A DNA stretch of 44,997 nt from IMG/VR virus record IMGVR_UViG_3300005537_000012, positions 1 through 44,997 of that record; one strand, written 5' to 3'. This document shows, piece after piece, positions 33,939 through 41,210 of this stretch. The notes beneath the pieces were generated by a model. That model did not search any database, was not told the origin of the DNA, and saw nothing but the letters and a program-made list of their open reading frames with translations. Within the stretch, counting starts at the first letter, position 1; each line of letters starts with the position of its first letter. This stretch comes from a virus. Made by a program: the position numbers and the translations under genes.

Positions 33939-34445
33939 GTTTTAAGCATGGTCAATGTTAGCGACTTATCCTTTCAAATTTTTCGCCGGGCAGGCGGGCA
34001 TAACCGTCAAGGAAATATGCCCCAGGACCAGGTTGAAATGATTCCTGTGTTCCCGTATTGCCTGCCCGGTGCACCTGGCTATAACTGACCGCTTGACCGG
34101 CCTGCCAGGATTATCATGGCGTGCTCCTGTGCTTTTGCTCTCTGCCCGATACCACCCAGTGCTTTACACGCGAAGGCTCTCGCTCATCGCGCAGTTTTCC
34201 AGATGCCACCCTGCTATCCTTTTATTTGCAGTTTAGAACTCCTGCTCTCCAAGCCAGTTACCAATCTGCAAAGAAGCTAAGCTGTGCACAGCCTTGACGG
34301 ATGCATTTTCTTCGAGCACATATCAGCCTCGGGCCAAGCGGGCTTTGAAGCACGCCTGCCGGATACCCAGGATTAGGCCCATAAACCTAATGGATTACGA
34401 CTTGGGAGGCATAATCCCTATGCCCGGATATCCGGCAGGGGAGCT
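33939..34445. ncRNA. Candidate large structured RNA or structured leader (about 507 nt with no credible ORF)
   Basis: Nested complementary arms: 33984-33995/34060-34071, 33996-34002/34016-34022, 34074-34079/34104-34109, 34118-34125/34349-34356, 34355-34365/34429-34439 with three inner hairpins. GC content is not low. Strand undetermined. Confidence 0.4.
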
Positions 34446-34676
34446 TCATTCCCCTGGTACTGTTCCAATTGAATCTCCAACTATTGGTGCGGCAGGTTTT
34501 GGTATATACGGCTGCCTCAGCCTGGCGGCCGACCGGATGCGCACTTCCCGACCAGTGGCCAGGTTGGTGCCATACCAGCCGCCAAAGACGCTTATCCGGT
34601 CCACCCGGACCTTAACCAGCCGGCCGGATACCTTGACCACGTAGACACCCTTGAGAACTACGTCAGCTTTATTCAT
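34446..34676 (-). CDS. Small beta-rich hypothetical protein (76 aa)
   Basis: Strong RBS GAGGAGGG 4 nt before the ATG. Confidence 0.55.
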   Translation of the reverse strand: MNKADVVLKGVYVVKVSGRLVKVRVDRISVFGGWYGTNLATGREVRIRSAARLRQPYIPKPAAPIVGDSIGTVPGE

Positions 34677-34793
34677 ACGACCCTCCTCAAGGTACTATCT
34701 GCCAGGGAACCATTACCGCGTCCGTAAGGTTCTCCACCACGCTTAGTGCCAGCAGATAGGACCTGGAGGGGAGTCATACGACTCCCACACGTA

Positions 34794-35492
34794 CTAGGCC
34801 GAGGCGGCTTCGCCGGTCCGCGCTTCTTCGGCGGACGTGGCTTCAACTTTCTCGCCGACGGACTTGATGTAGCCCTTCTTCATCAGGTCCGAAACGTGCC
34901 ACCGATAGATGGATTCAACGTTCTTGGACGCCGACCCGAAAGCCTTCGCCGGAACCGCGGCCATGACTTCCGCAAACGTCATCGGCCCACCCTTGACGAT
35001 TGCCGCCAGGATTACGCCGTTGTGAGTCTCTTTCTTGGCCAGTTCCTTGCCCTTGTCCGTGTTGGCTTTCGCCGCCACTTCGTACTTGATAACCTCGAAG
35101 GTCCGAACTTTCTTCTCCTTCGGTTCCCGAGCCTTCTTCGCCTTTGGTTCCTTTGCTGCTCCATTTGCTTTTGCCATGATACTTCCTCCTGTATAGATTG
35201 AATTTAACGTCTTTTCAACTTCTTCCCGTGGTCTAACTCCTCCAGTGGGGATAACCATTGTCTGGCTGCTCCACCTTTGGTACCCCGTGACTGAAGTCAC
35301 GGGAATTTCTCGGCCATCAGACGTGCGGATTACCCTGTCCACACGGTCCAATAGCATCACTAAGGCGCTGCATTCGTTCCAGGTTAGCAGATACCCTGGC
35401 CGGCGCCGACCTGAGCAATCCAGTATTAAGTCAAACTCGGCGCCGATGGGCAACTTCCTGAGTTCAACTTCTGCGGCATTAGCTGGCAGCAT
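34794..35492 (-). CDS. DNA-binding protein: N-terminal beta-rich domain plus K/A/P-rich tail and winged-helix (linker-histone-like) C-terminal half; a strong internal start at 35177 may give a separate 127-aa product
   Basis: GGAG before ATG 35492. AGGAGGAAG 7 nt before the in-frame ATG 35177. Sequence AKEPKAKKAREPKEKK...GVILAAIVKGGPMTFAEVMAAV...IYRWHVSDLMKKGYIKSV. Confidence 0.55.
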   Translation of the reverse strand: MLPANAAEVELRKLPIGAEFDLILDCSGRRRPGYLLTWNECSALVMLLDRVDRVIRTSDGREIPVTSVTGYQRWSSQTMVIPTGGVRPREEVEKTLNSIYTGGSIMAKANGAAKEPKAKKAREPKEKKVRTFEVIKYEVAAKANTDKGKELAKKETHNGVILAAIVKGGPMTFAEVMAAVPAKAFGSASKNVESIYRWHVSDLMKKGYIKSVGEKVEATSAEEARTGEAASA

Positions 35493-35627
35493 GGATATTC
35501 TCCAGTTCATTAATAAAATCTACAGCCGCGGCGAACTCTTCCCATGATATCAAGTTCTGCTGGTAAAACAGAAAAATGTGGGAACCGATTCGTTCAAGCA
35601 TTTCACAGGTATCGCATTGGTATAACT

Positions 35628-35855
35628 TCATGGCAGCACCGTGAACCCGTCCGCTTCGGCTACTTCTTCACCATCGAAGTAAACAATCGTTCCGCACTGT
35701 GCCACCGATTCATGCAGAGTTCCCACTTCCCACGTAATGTCTTCTTCCTTCATGGCGAGGGCTTTTGCTCTCGCTTCTTGTGGCGTAGCCGCTTCAACTT
35801 CAACTTCGCCGGATACGAGCGCGTCGGCGGACAAAGTGACGGTGTACTTTTTCAT
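35628..35855 (-). CDS. Hypothetical small protein (75 aa)
   Basis: ATGA coupling with the upstream gene; internal start of ORF 35628-36002. Confidence 0.45.
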   Translation of the reverse strand: MKKYTVTLSADALVSGEVEVEAATPQEARAKALAMKEEDITWEVGTLHESVAQCGTIVYFDGEEVAEADGFTVLP

Positions 35856-36106
35856 TGGGATTTCTCTTTCTGAGCAAGCAATTTGCTCCATCCAGACGCT
35901 TCCGCACTCCACTTGCAGTCGGCATCTAGGTTGTAAATGTACTCTTTGTTCGGGCCGTGAAATTCGTATTGCTTGCGACCGCCGCCAGTGTCCCAGACCC
36001 ACGCGGCTTTAATCTGTTCAGCGGTATAGACCTTGCGAACGTCATCCATTACCCGCTTACGAAGCTCTCGGCAAAAAGCGTGTACGTCTACCGACGCGCG
36101 ACTCAC
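35852..36106 (-). CDS. Hypothetical small protein (84 aa)
   Basis: GTGA coupling; ORF-track ORF. Confidence 0.5.
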   Translation of the reverse strand: MSRASVDVHAFCRELRKRVMDDVRKVYTAEQIKAAWVWDTGGGRKQYEFHGPNKEYIYNLDADCKWSAEASGWSKLLAQKEKSQ

Positions 36107-36309
36107 AGGCCACTTCCTGTATGCCGCTCTATCAGCCGTAGGTATTCCAGGTATTCCTTCGCCTTCACTTCATCCCCATCTGCCATTCTTTCGGTTGCCA
36201 TCGTGACGCCAGTGAAATATAGGCTGGAGCAGGATTTCCCTTGCTGGACCATCCGCAGCATCTGCGCCGCTCTTTTAATAATCTCTTGCTCTGTTTTTGT
36301 ATCGAACAT
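36103..36309 (-). CDS. Hypothetical small protein (68 aa)
   Basis: GGGAGG 6 nt upstream of the second ATG (36309). Confidence 0.5.
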   Translation of the reverse strand: MFDTKTEQEIIKRAAQMLRMVQQGKSCSSLYFTGVTMATERMADGDEVKAKEYLEYLRLIERHTGSGL

Positions 36310-36329
36310 TTTCATCCTCCCAAGTTTTC

Positions 36330-36405
36330 GTCAGGCAGCAGAGCTTTGGCAGTTTAACTAACCACCCACCGGAGTGGGTATGCTGTTTAAGGTTTACTGC
36401 CTGAC
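36330..36405 (-). promoter_or_regulatory. 5'-leader stem-loop (9-bp closing stem with an inner hairpin) between a putative promoter and the 36309 start
   Basis: gtcaggcag 36330-36338 pairs with ctgcctgac 36397-36405. Inner hairpin cccac/gtggg at 36365-36378. Confidence 0.35.
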
Positions 36406-36412
36406 TGAAGAA

Positions 36413-36441
36413 AGTTTACCAAACCGCCCGAAGTTTGTCCA
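36413..36441 (-). promoter_or_regulatory. Putative sigma70-type promoter (TGGACA-17-TAAACT) for the 36309 operon
   Basis: Minus-strand reading. Shares the exact 12-mer ATTTTGTGGACA with the rightward promoter candidate. Confidence 0.3.
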
Positions 36442-36534
36442 CAAAATAATTCAGTTTCAGAGTCACATTTTTCAAGTAGTACTACTAGTACCAGGTAAAT
36501 TCTACCTGCCTTCCAGGCTGAAAACCGTGGTACT

Positions 36535-36963
36535 CTAGGTCCAGAATTCATTTATCGTGGCTCTACGGCCTTCTAATTGATAAGAGATAAAACAGATATT
36601 TGAACCAGGCCGAGAATCTGAAATTCTGATACTCCAGGTTGGCATCGGGTCATTGAGTGTTTCCCTATATACTCTTCTGCCAGGTACTTCGACTATGAAT
36701 AATGGAGACTTGAGCCATTGTTCTTCTACCACACTTACGCCAAACGCCCCGATGAAATTTTTCATGGATGGTTCGCGCATTATAGCATCGCGGAGAGAAT
36801 TCAGCAGGAACTTTTTCTCGCGGCGAGACTCATTTGCTTTATTCTTTCGCCGGTGCCATCTGGCCAGTTCCTGAGTGCGTATAAAATCCGGGTTACTGGC
36901 TCTTTTCTTCGCTTCATAATTCCGCTGCCATGCCAGGCGCGCTTCGTGATTTGAAAACGCCAT
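36535..36963 (-). CDS. Hypothetical basic protein (142 aa)
   Basis: AGGAG 7 nt upstream; TAATG overlap with the primase-helicase stop. Confidence 0.55.
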   Translation of the reverse strand: MAFSNHEARLAWQRNYEAKKRASNPDFIRTQELARWHRRKNKANESRREKKFLLNSLRDAIMREPSMKNFIGAFGVSVVEEQWLKSPLFIVEVPGRRVYRETLNDPMPTWSIRISDSRPGSNICFISYQLEGRRATINEFWT

Positions 36964-38786
36964 TATATTTCTCCTTCCAGCGGCAACTCTTCTTGCCATG
37001 ATGTTTCTTTCAGCATCCAGTGCCATACATTCTTCGGTTTCTGCTTCGCTTTCACACCCAAATCTTCTTTAGCTCGTAGCAAGGTTGCCCGCTTGATTCC
37101 ATTTTCATAAGCTTCCTTTTTAACCTGGTCGCTCAACTTCGGGCCATCTTTCAGATATTCTTTCAAAAACTCAACGGCATTATCTTTTGCCCCGCGGCCT
37201 TCTCCATTAACTGGCGCACTGAGAATACTGTCCGCTGTTTCGCTTTTTGATTCTCCCCGCCAGGATATCTTCGCTATATTTCCTAACCCATTCAGGTCCA
37301 CGCCTTCCAAAACATATCGCAGCGCAGCCGGCTTTTGGGCCAGGTTGATTTTTACACAAGCGAAGATATGTTCTCCCTCAAACTCCGCCGAACTCCCGAA
37401 GGCAAACGCAGCTCGCGGCGCTGCCACAAATGCTCCGGAACCTGAAAACCTCTGCATGGCTCCTGATGTTGATGATTTATTCAAATGACCTATCGTCAAT
37501 ATAGTACATCCGGTCCGTTCAGCGATAGCGTGGATGGGCGCAATAGTTCGTCTTACGTCTGCAGTTTTGTGGCTGTCGACTTCCTGGCCGAGGAAACTCT
37601 CGAGCGGGTCGATGATAACCAGCTTCGCATCGGTATCAGTTATCTTTTCGACTAACTGAATCAGGTTAAGCGGAAACTCGGCCGGCTTTCCATTACTCAT
37701 CAATACATCTATAATAGTTACCATACTCAAATCGGCTTTCGCCGCCATTAATCTAGGTATGATAGTGGTATCCCTGGAATCCTCCGCTGAGAGAATCAGG
37801 ACATGTTCAGGCAGATATTTCTCCCCGCTGTCATCGCCCGGCAGCGAGTCTCCTCTGGTTATCCCCGCAGCAATCGTATACGCCATAGTAGATTTACCGT
37901 GGCCCGGGTCGCCGCCCCACGCAACAATCGTTCCACGTGGCAAGAACCCGCGCCAGCGCCAGGTAACAGGCTTGGCCACAACCTGGTCAGCTCTATAAGC
38001 AAGAAAATTACTCTCATTAATTTGACCAGTTGGCGAACACCTTCCCGGTTCCTTCTGGCCGATGGATTTGGCTATCCTGATTACATCCGATTCCTCGAGC
38101 GGAGGTTTAAATCTTTGCTTATTTACTTCCAGCATTGCCCGCAGCATTTCTTCGGTTTCTAAACCCAGCCACCTGAGCTGGCCGGCAATCCTGGCCATTG
38201 AATTGTCGCGACTTCCTTTTTCTATTTTAGCCGGCACCAGGTGCTCGCCCATCTGGTCGCGGCGCTTCTTGACCCGCAGGACGGCTTCGAGTAGCCAGTC
38301 AGGTGCCGGCACGGGAATCCTGGCATCCGATACTTCATAAACTTTACCAGTTAATAAGTGAACTGATGGAGGCGCGACGACATATCCGCCATCGCCTCTT
38401 ATATCTATTCCATTCCCTAATTCTCCTGAAGCCTGGTTCTTCGTTTCAATTCCTGGCGGCTGGATATAATATAGATGGTATCCGCGAGCTGTGTCAACAC
38501 GATAAGTCTCAGGCAATTTTCCGTGGGCTAGTTCCAGGTCTAGAAGCGACAGGGCGCCGGTTTCTCCGTCTATATCAACTACAAATATTCCTGAATCGCC
38601 GCCGGTCGCGATTCCGATATTGGCTTTTGGAAATTGCTTCCAGAGCATCCTGATTTTTTCTTCATTTGAAGTGGCGCGGTCCGGCCATTTATCAATTAAA
38701 GCTTTTTTGCCGTTATCTCCGCCAAGAGGAAGGATGCGCCATCCGCGCCGGCCATACTCCAGGGCTGATTCAAGAATTGGTTTCAT
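36963..38786 (-). CDS. Bifunctional primase-polymerase (Prim-Pol) / RepA-DnaB-like helicase
   Basis: N-terminal GWRILPL...GIATGGDSGIFVVDIDG...GYHLYY (Prim-Pol). Walker A GGDPGHGKST and Walker B KLVIIDPLE. Confidence 0.85.
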   Translation of the reverse strand: MKPILESALEYGRRGWRILPLGGDNGKKALIDKWPDRATSNEEKIRMLWKQFPKANIGIATGGDSGIFVVDIDGETGALSLLDLELAHGKLPETYRVDTARGYHLYYIQPPGIETKNQASGELGNGIDIRGDGGYVVAPPSVHLLTGKVYEVSDARIPVPAPDWLLEAVLRVKKRRDQMGEHLVPAKIEKGSRDNSMARIAGQLRWLGLETEEMLRAMLEVNKQRFKPPLEESDVIRIAKSIGQKEPGRCSPTGQINESNFLAYRADQVVAKPVTWRWRGFLPRGTIVAWGGDPGHGKSTMAYTIAAGITRGDSLPGDDSGEKYLPEHVLILSAEDSRDTTIIPRLMAAKADLSMVTIIDVLMSNGKPAEFPLNLIQLVEKITDTDAKLVIIDPLESFLGQEVDSHKTADVRRTIAPIHAIAERTGCTILTIGHLNKSSTSGAMQRFSGSGAFVAAPRAAFAFGSSAEFEGEHIFACVKINLAQKPAALRYVLEGVDLNGLGNIAKISWRGESKSETADSILSAPVNGEGRGAKDNAVEFLKEYLKDGPKLSDQVKKEAYENGIKRATLLRAKEDLGVKAKQKPKNVWHWMLKETSWQEELPLEGEI

Positions 38787-38970
38787 TGGCCGGCCGTCCC
38801 TGGTTGTTTATATATGTCAGGAGCGAATCTCGGTCAATGAATATGGAAGGTTTTCGTCGCGGGTCTTTTCTGAATTTTATACGGCCTTGAAAAAGAAGAT
38901 TGTAAATCCAAACACGTGAATATCCAGTAATACGCACAGCTTCTTTGACGTCAATTTCTTGGGCGGGCAT
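38770..38970 (-). CDS. Xis/AlpA-type HTH DNA-binding protein, first gene of the leftward arm
   Basis: RBS GAGGG. EAVRITGYSRVWIYNLLFQGRI matches an HTH. Confidence 0.65.
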   Translation of the reverse strand: MPAQEIDVKEAVRITGYSRVWIYNLLFQGRIKFRKDPRRKPSIFIDRDSLLTYINNQGRPANETNS

Positions 38971-39019
38971 TTAGAACCCTCAGTTTATTTTCTTTGAAAG
39001 TTAAGGTCGTGCGCCCAGG

Positions 39020-39049
39020 ATATTACCAGCACATCGTAGTTGATGTAAA
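39020..39049 (-). promoter_or_regulatory. Putative leftward promoter (TTTACA-18-TAATAT)
   Basis: Minus-strand reading about 50-80 nt upstream of ATG 38970; hexamers recognised by eye only. Confidence 0.25.
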
Positions 39050-39090
39050 CATCAATTTTTTATTGCCATTATCATAATAACAACAAGGGG

Positions 39091-39320
39091 GTCGGATACT
39101 CGCCTAAGCATATTTTGAGTATCTGAGTATCTGACTACCTAAGCCCTTGTATTATCAGCGAGTTAGCCTTTACTCATCTATGAGTATCCGAATGAGTATC
39201 TGAGTATCGGTCAAATACTCAAGTGAGGTCGGATACTCAAGTCAGATTACCATTGAATGAGTAAAGCTAAGTATAACTAAATATATATACTTAGATAGTC
39301 AGATACTCAGATACTCAACG
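39091..39320. repeat. Array of at least 10 GAGTATC/GATACTC heptamer sites (iterons or operators) plus an AT-rich 9-bp inverted repeat
   Basis: Forward copies at 39117, 39125, 39182, 39194 and 39202. Reverse copies at 39095, 39232, 39302 and 39310, with a variant at 39214. Tandem pairs are 8 bp apart. ctaagtata/tatacttag at 39268-39276 and 39286-39294. Confidence 0.7.
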
Positions 39321-39367
39321 TGCTGTAGGGGCCGAAAAAATACTATCAGGTCAACGTCGTAATTTTG

Positions 39368-39395
39368 TGGACATCAAGAACGATGCTGATGTAAT
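39368..39395 (+). promoter_or_regulatory. Putative rightward (late-arm) promoter TGGACA-16-TGTAAT
   Basis: Ends 11 nt upstream of the terS ATG (39407), which has no Shine-Dalgarno, implying a very short leader. Confidence 0.35.
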
Positions 39396-39406
39396 AATCC
39401 TGCCCA

Positions 39407-39928
39407 ATGGCTCGACCCAACCAACCCGACGACGCCGGCGCTAACCCTGAGCGAGAACAACCGGCGTCGCCTATTGTTGAACCTGACGTCCAGGATTCAA
39501 AACTCAATCTCACTGGCGAGAAATCAATTTACCAGCGCATCCGCCTGCTCAATCCCAAGCAGCGCAAGATTGTCGAGCTCATCCTGGCCGGCACTTCCCC
39601 ACGCCAGGCGTGTTTTGATGCTGGCTTCGAATCTGATGGCCCGCTGAAGACTATCCGGCGCAAGATGCCTGAAATTATGGACCGTGCTGGCCTGACAGAC
39701 CAGCTCCTGGTTGAAAAACATTTGACTCCATTGCTCAGTGCTGAAGAGGTAAGGTTCTTTAAGTCAAAGGAAGATGAGTTGATTGAAACTCCTCCGCAGC
39801 CGGCCCTGGATATCCGGCTGCGGGCTCTTGACATGACATTCAAGTTGCGCGGTTCATATCCTACGCCTGACGACCAGGCGCCAGCAGTACGTGATATCAA
39901 CGTCAACATAATTAATGTAGGTGCTTGA
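39407..39928 (+). CDS. terS: Terminase small subunit
   Basis: LNPKQRKIVELILAGTSPRQACFDAGF (HTH typical of TerS) and C-terminal RLRALDMTFKLRGSY; upstream of terL. Confidence 0.65.
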   Translation: MARPNQPDDAGANPEREQPASPIVEPDVQDSKLNLTGEKSIYQRIRLLNPKQRKIVELILAGTSPRQACFDAGFESDGPLKTIRRKMPEIMDRAGLTDQLLVEKHLTPLLSAEEVRFFKSKEDELIETPPQPALDIRLRALDMTFKLRGSYPTPDDQAPAVRDINVNIINVGA

Positions 39929-40101
39929 TGGATAACGAAACGAATCAGGAAACGAATCAGGAAACGAATCAGCAGCCCGACCACGAAGTGACCTGTCCGA
40001 AGTGCGGTCATAAGTTCTGGCACAAAGTTAAAGAAACTTTGAAAGGCGCCGCTGAAGGTTTGGGCAATGCAATTGGTGAAGCGAAGTTCGGTGGGCAATG
40101 A
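39928..40101 (+). CDS. Small protein (57 aa) with (ETNQ)x3 repeat and a CPKCGH half zinc-ribbon
   Basis: TGATG coupling; hand translation; below the ORF-track cut-off. Confidence 0.45.
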   Translation: MDNETNQETNQETNQQPDHEVTCPKCGHKFWHKVKETLKGAAEGLGNAIGEAKFGGQ

Positions 40102-40265
40102 GCGACTTGCAGTTGTTGACTCTTCAAATTGTCGAAGGGCGAATCAGCGTGGAGCAGGCGCGCCAGTTAGTCATCGCGAAAGCCAGGATGCTTCGTGAGT
40201 GCAAGAAGATTGCCGGCCAGCAGCAGGTGGCCAGGCGCCGCCGGCGTCAGGAGCGCGTGGCATGA
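40098..40265 (+). CDS. Small basic helical protein (55 aa)
   Basis: ATGA coupling at both ends; hand translation. Confidence 0.4.
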   Translation: MSDLQLLTLQIVEGRISVEQARQLVIAKARMLRECKKIAGQQQVARRRRRQERVA

Positions 40266-40648
40266 AAGTCTCAATACCCAGGTTCGAGGTTGACGGCGGT
40301 CTGCCTGATATGATAAGGCGCGGCGCCAGGGTTCCTGCCATCCGCAAGCAGCAATTACCAATTGAGATTGTGAACGTCAAGACAATCCAGGCCGAGCGTC
40401 CGGAGGACGTCCAGGTTGAACGTGTACCTGAATCGCACATGTCACGTCAGCAACTCAAGCGCATGGGCCAGGCGGAGATTGAACGCAAACTCCGGGCCAT
40501 GTATCCTGGAGCCGGTCGTGACTTGATTAGGAAGTTCGCCAGGTATCAAATGAGTGAAGCATGGGCAAAGCGTGACAAGCAGGCTATCGCGAAAGCGATT
40601 CGCGAGAATGACGCCAAAGGCGTAGGCATCGGGATGAGGCCACTATGA
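40262..40648 (+). CDS. Hypothetical protein (128 aa)
   Basis: Internal ATG of ORF 40199-40648, coupled to the upstream stop. Confidence 0.5.
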   Translation: MKVSIPRFEVDGGLPDMIRRGARVPAIRKQQLPIEIVNVKTIQAERPEDVQVERVPESHMSRQQLKRMGQAEIERKLRAMYPGAGRDLIRKFARYQMSEAWAKRDKQAIAKAIRENDAKGVGIGMRPL

Positions 40649-40694
40649 TTAGTGACATTTGGTTCTGGTTTAAGAAATTGCTGCGAGGTAGCCG

Positions 40695-41210
40695 ATGAAT
40701 TTAACTTGGCTGTCAGTTACCATCGCCCTTCTGTTCGCCAGCATCATTTCAAAACCAACGGCAACTTATCGCTACCACGGTCCCGCAGTACTCAATGATT
40801 TATCTGTGACACCAGGCAAAGTCCGCACGACCAATGCCAAAGAAGTTTGTTACGGCGGTTCTACTTCCCAGTATCGCCACACAACTGAAAAAGAAAAGAA
40901 TCAGGTTTATGAGTGGTATGGTGCCAAAAAGAAGCCGGGTATCTGTTGCGAAGTTGACCACTTGGTCTCACTTGAACTTGGCGGCGCAGATGAAGTTGAG
41001 AATCTGTGGCCTGAACCTTACTCGCCGAAACCAGGCGCCCATGAAAAAGACTTGGTTGAAAACTGGCTGCACAAAGAAGTCTGTGCCGGACGCATGCCAC
41101 TAACTCAGGCCCAGGCGAAGATATCCCAGGATTGGTACGCAGTTTTCTTGATGATGCATGAGCGGGCTCAGGCGGCATCGTATTGGGCGGAGGTTGTCGA
41201 TGGACATTGA
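40695..41210 (+). CDS. HNH endonuclease with an N-terminal hydrophobic (signal/TM-like) segment
   Basis: CEVDHLVSLELGGADEVENLWP (HNH core) and KDLVENWLHKEVC. N-terminus MNLTWLSVTIALLFASIIS. Confidence 0.7.
   Translation: MNLTWLSVTIALLFASIISKPTATYRYHGPAVLNDLSVTPGKVRTTNAKEVCYGGSTSQYRHTTEKEKNQVYEWYGAKKKPGICCEVDHLVSLELGGADEVENLWPEPYSPKPGAHEKDLVENWLHKEVCAGRMPLTQAQAKISQDWYAVFLMMHERAQAASYWAEVVDGH

Noticed and set aside
34294-34644. 116-aa + strand ORF across the structured region and the 76-aa minus-strand gene
   Set aside because: It has no RBS, a Pro/Arg/Thr-rich low-complexity translation, and overlaps a minus-strand gene that has a strong GAGGAGGG RBS.
35479-35601. 40-aa minus-strand ORF (MLERIGSHIFLFYQQNLISWEEFAAAVDFINELENIHAAS)
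   Set aside because: No Shine-Dalgarno and no recognisable motif. Retained only as a possibility.
38770-38970. Excisionase, implying a temperate lifestyle
   Set aside because: Only a small Xis/AlpA-type HTH is present. No integrase, repressor pair or attP-like feature was recognised, so it is treated as a transcriptional regulator.
39091-39320. CRISPR array
   Set aside because: The units are 7-10 bp, occur in both orientations and have no spacer-sized unique intervals. There are no cas genes.
40645-40698. 17-aa ORF (MISDIWFWFKKLLRGSR) bridging two genes with ATGA overlaps
   Set aside because: Too short to support. It may merely reflect translational coupling spacing.
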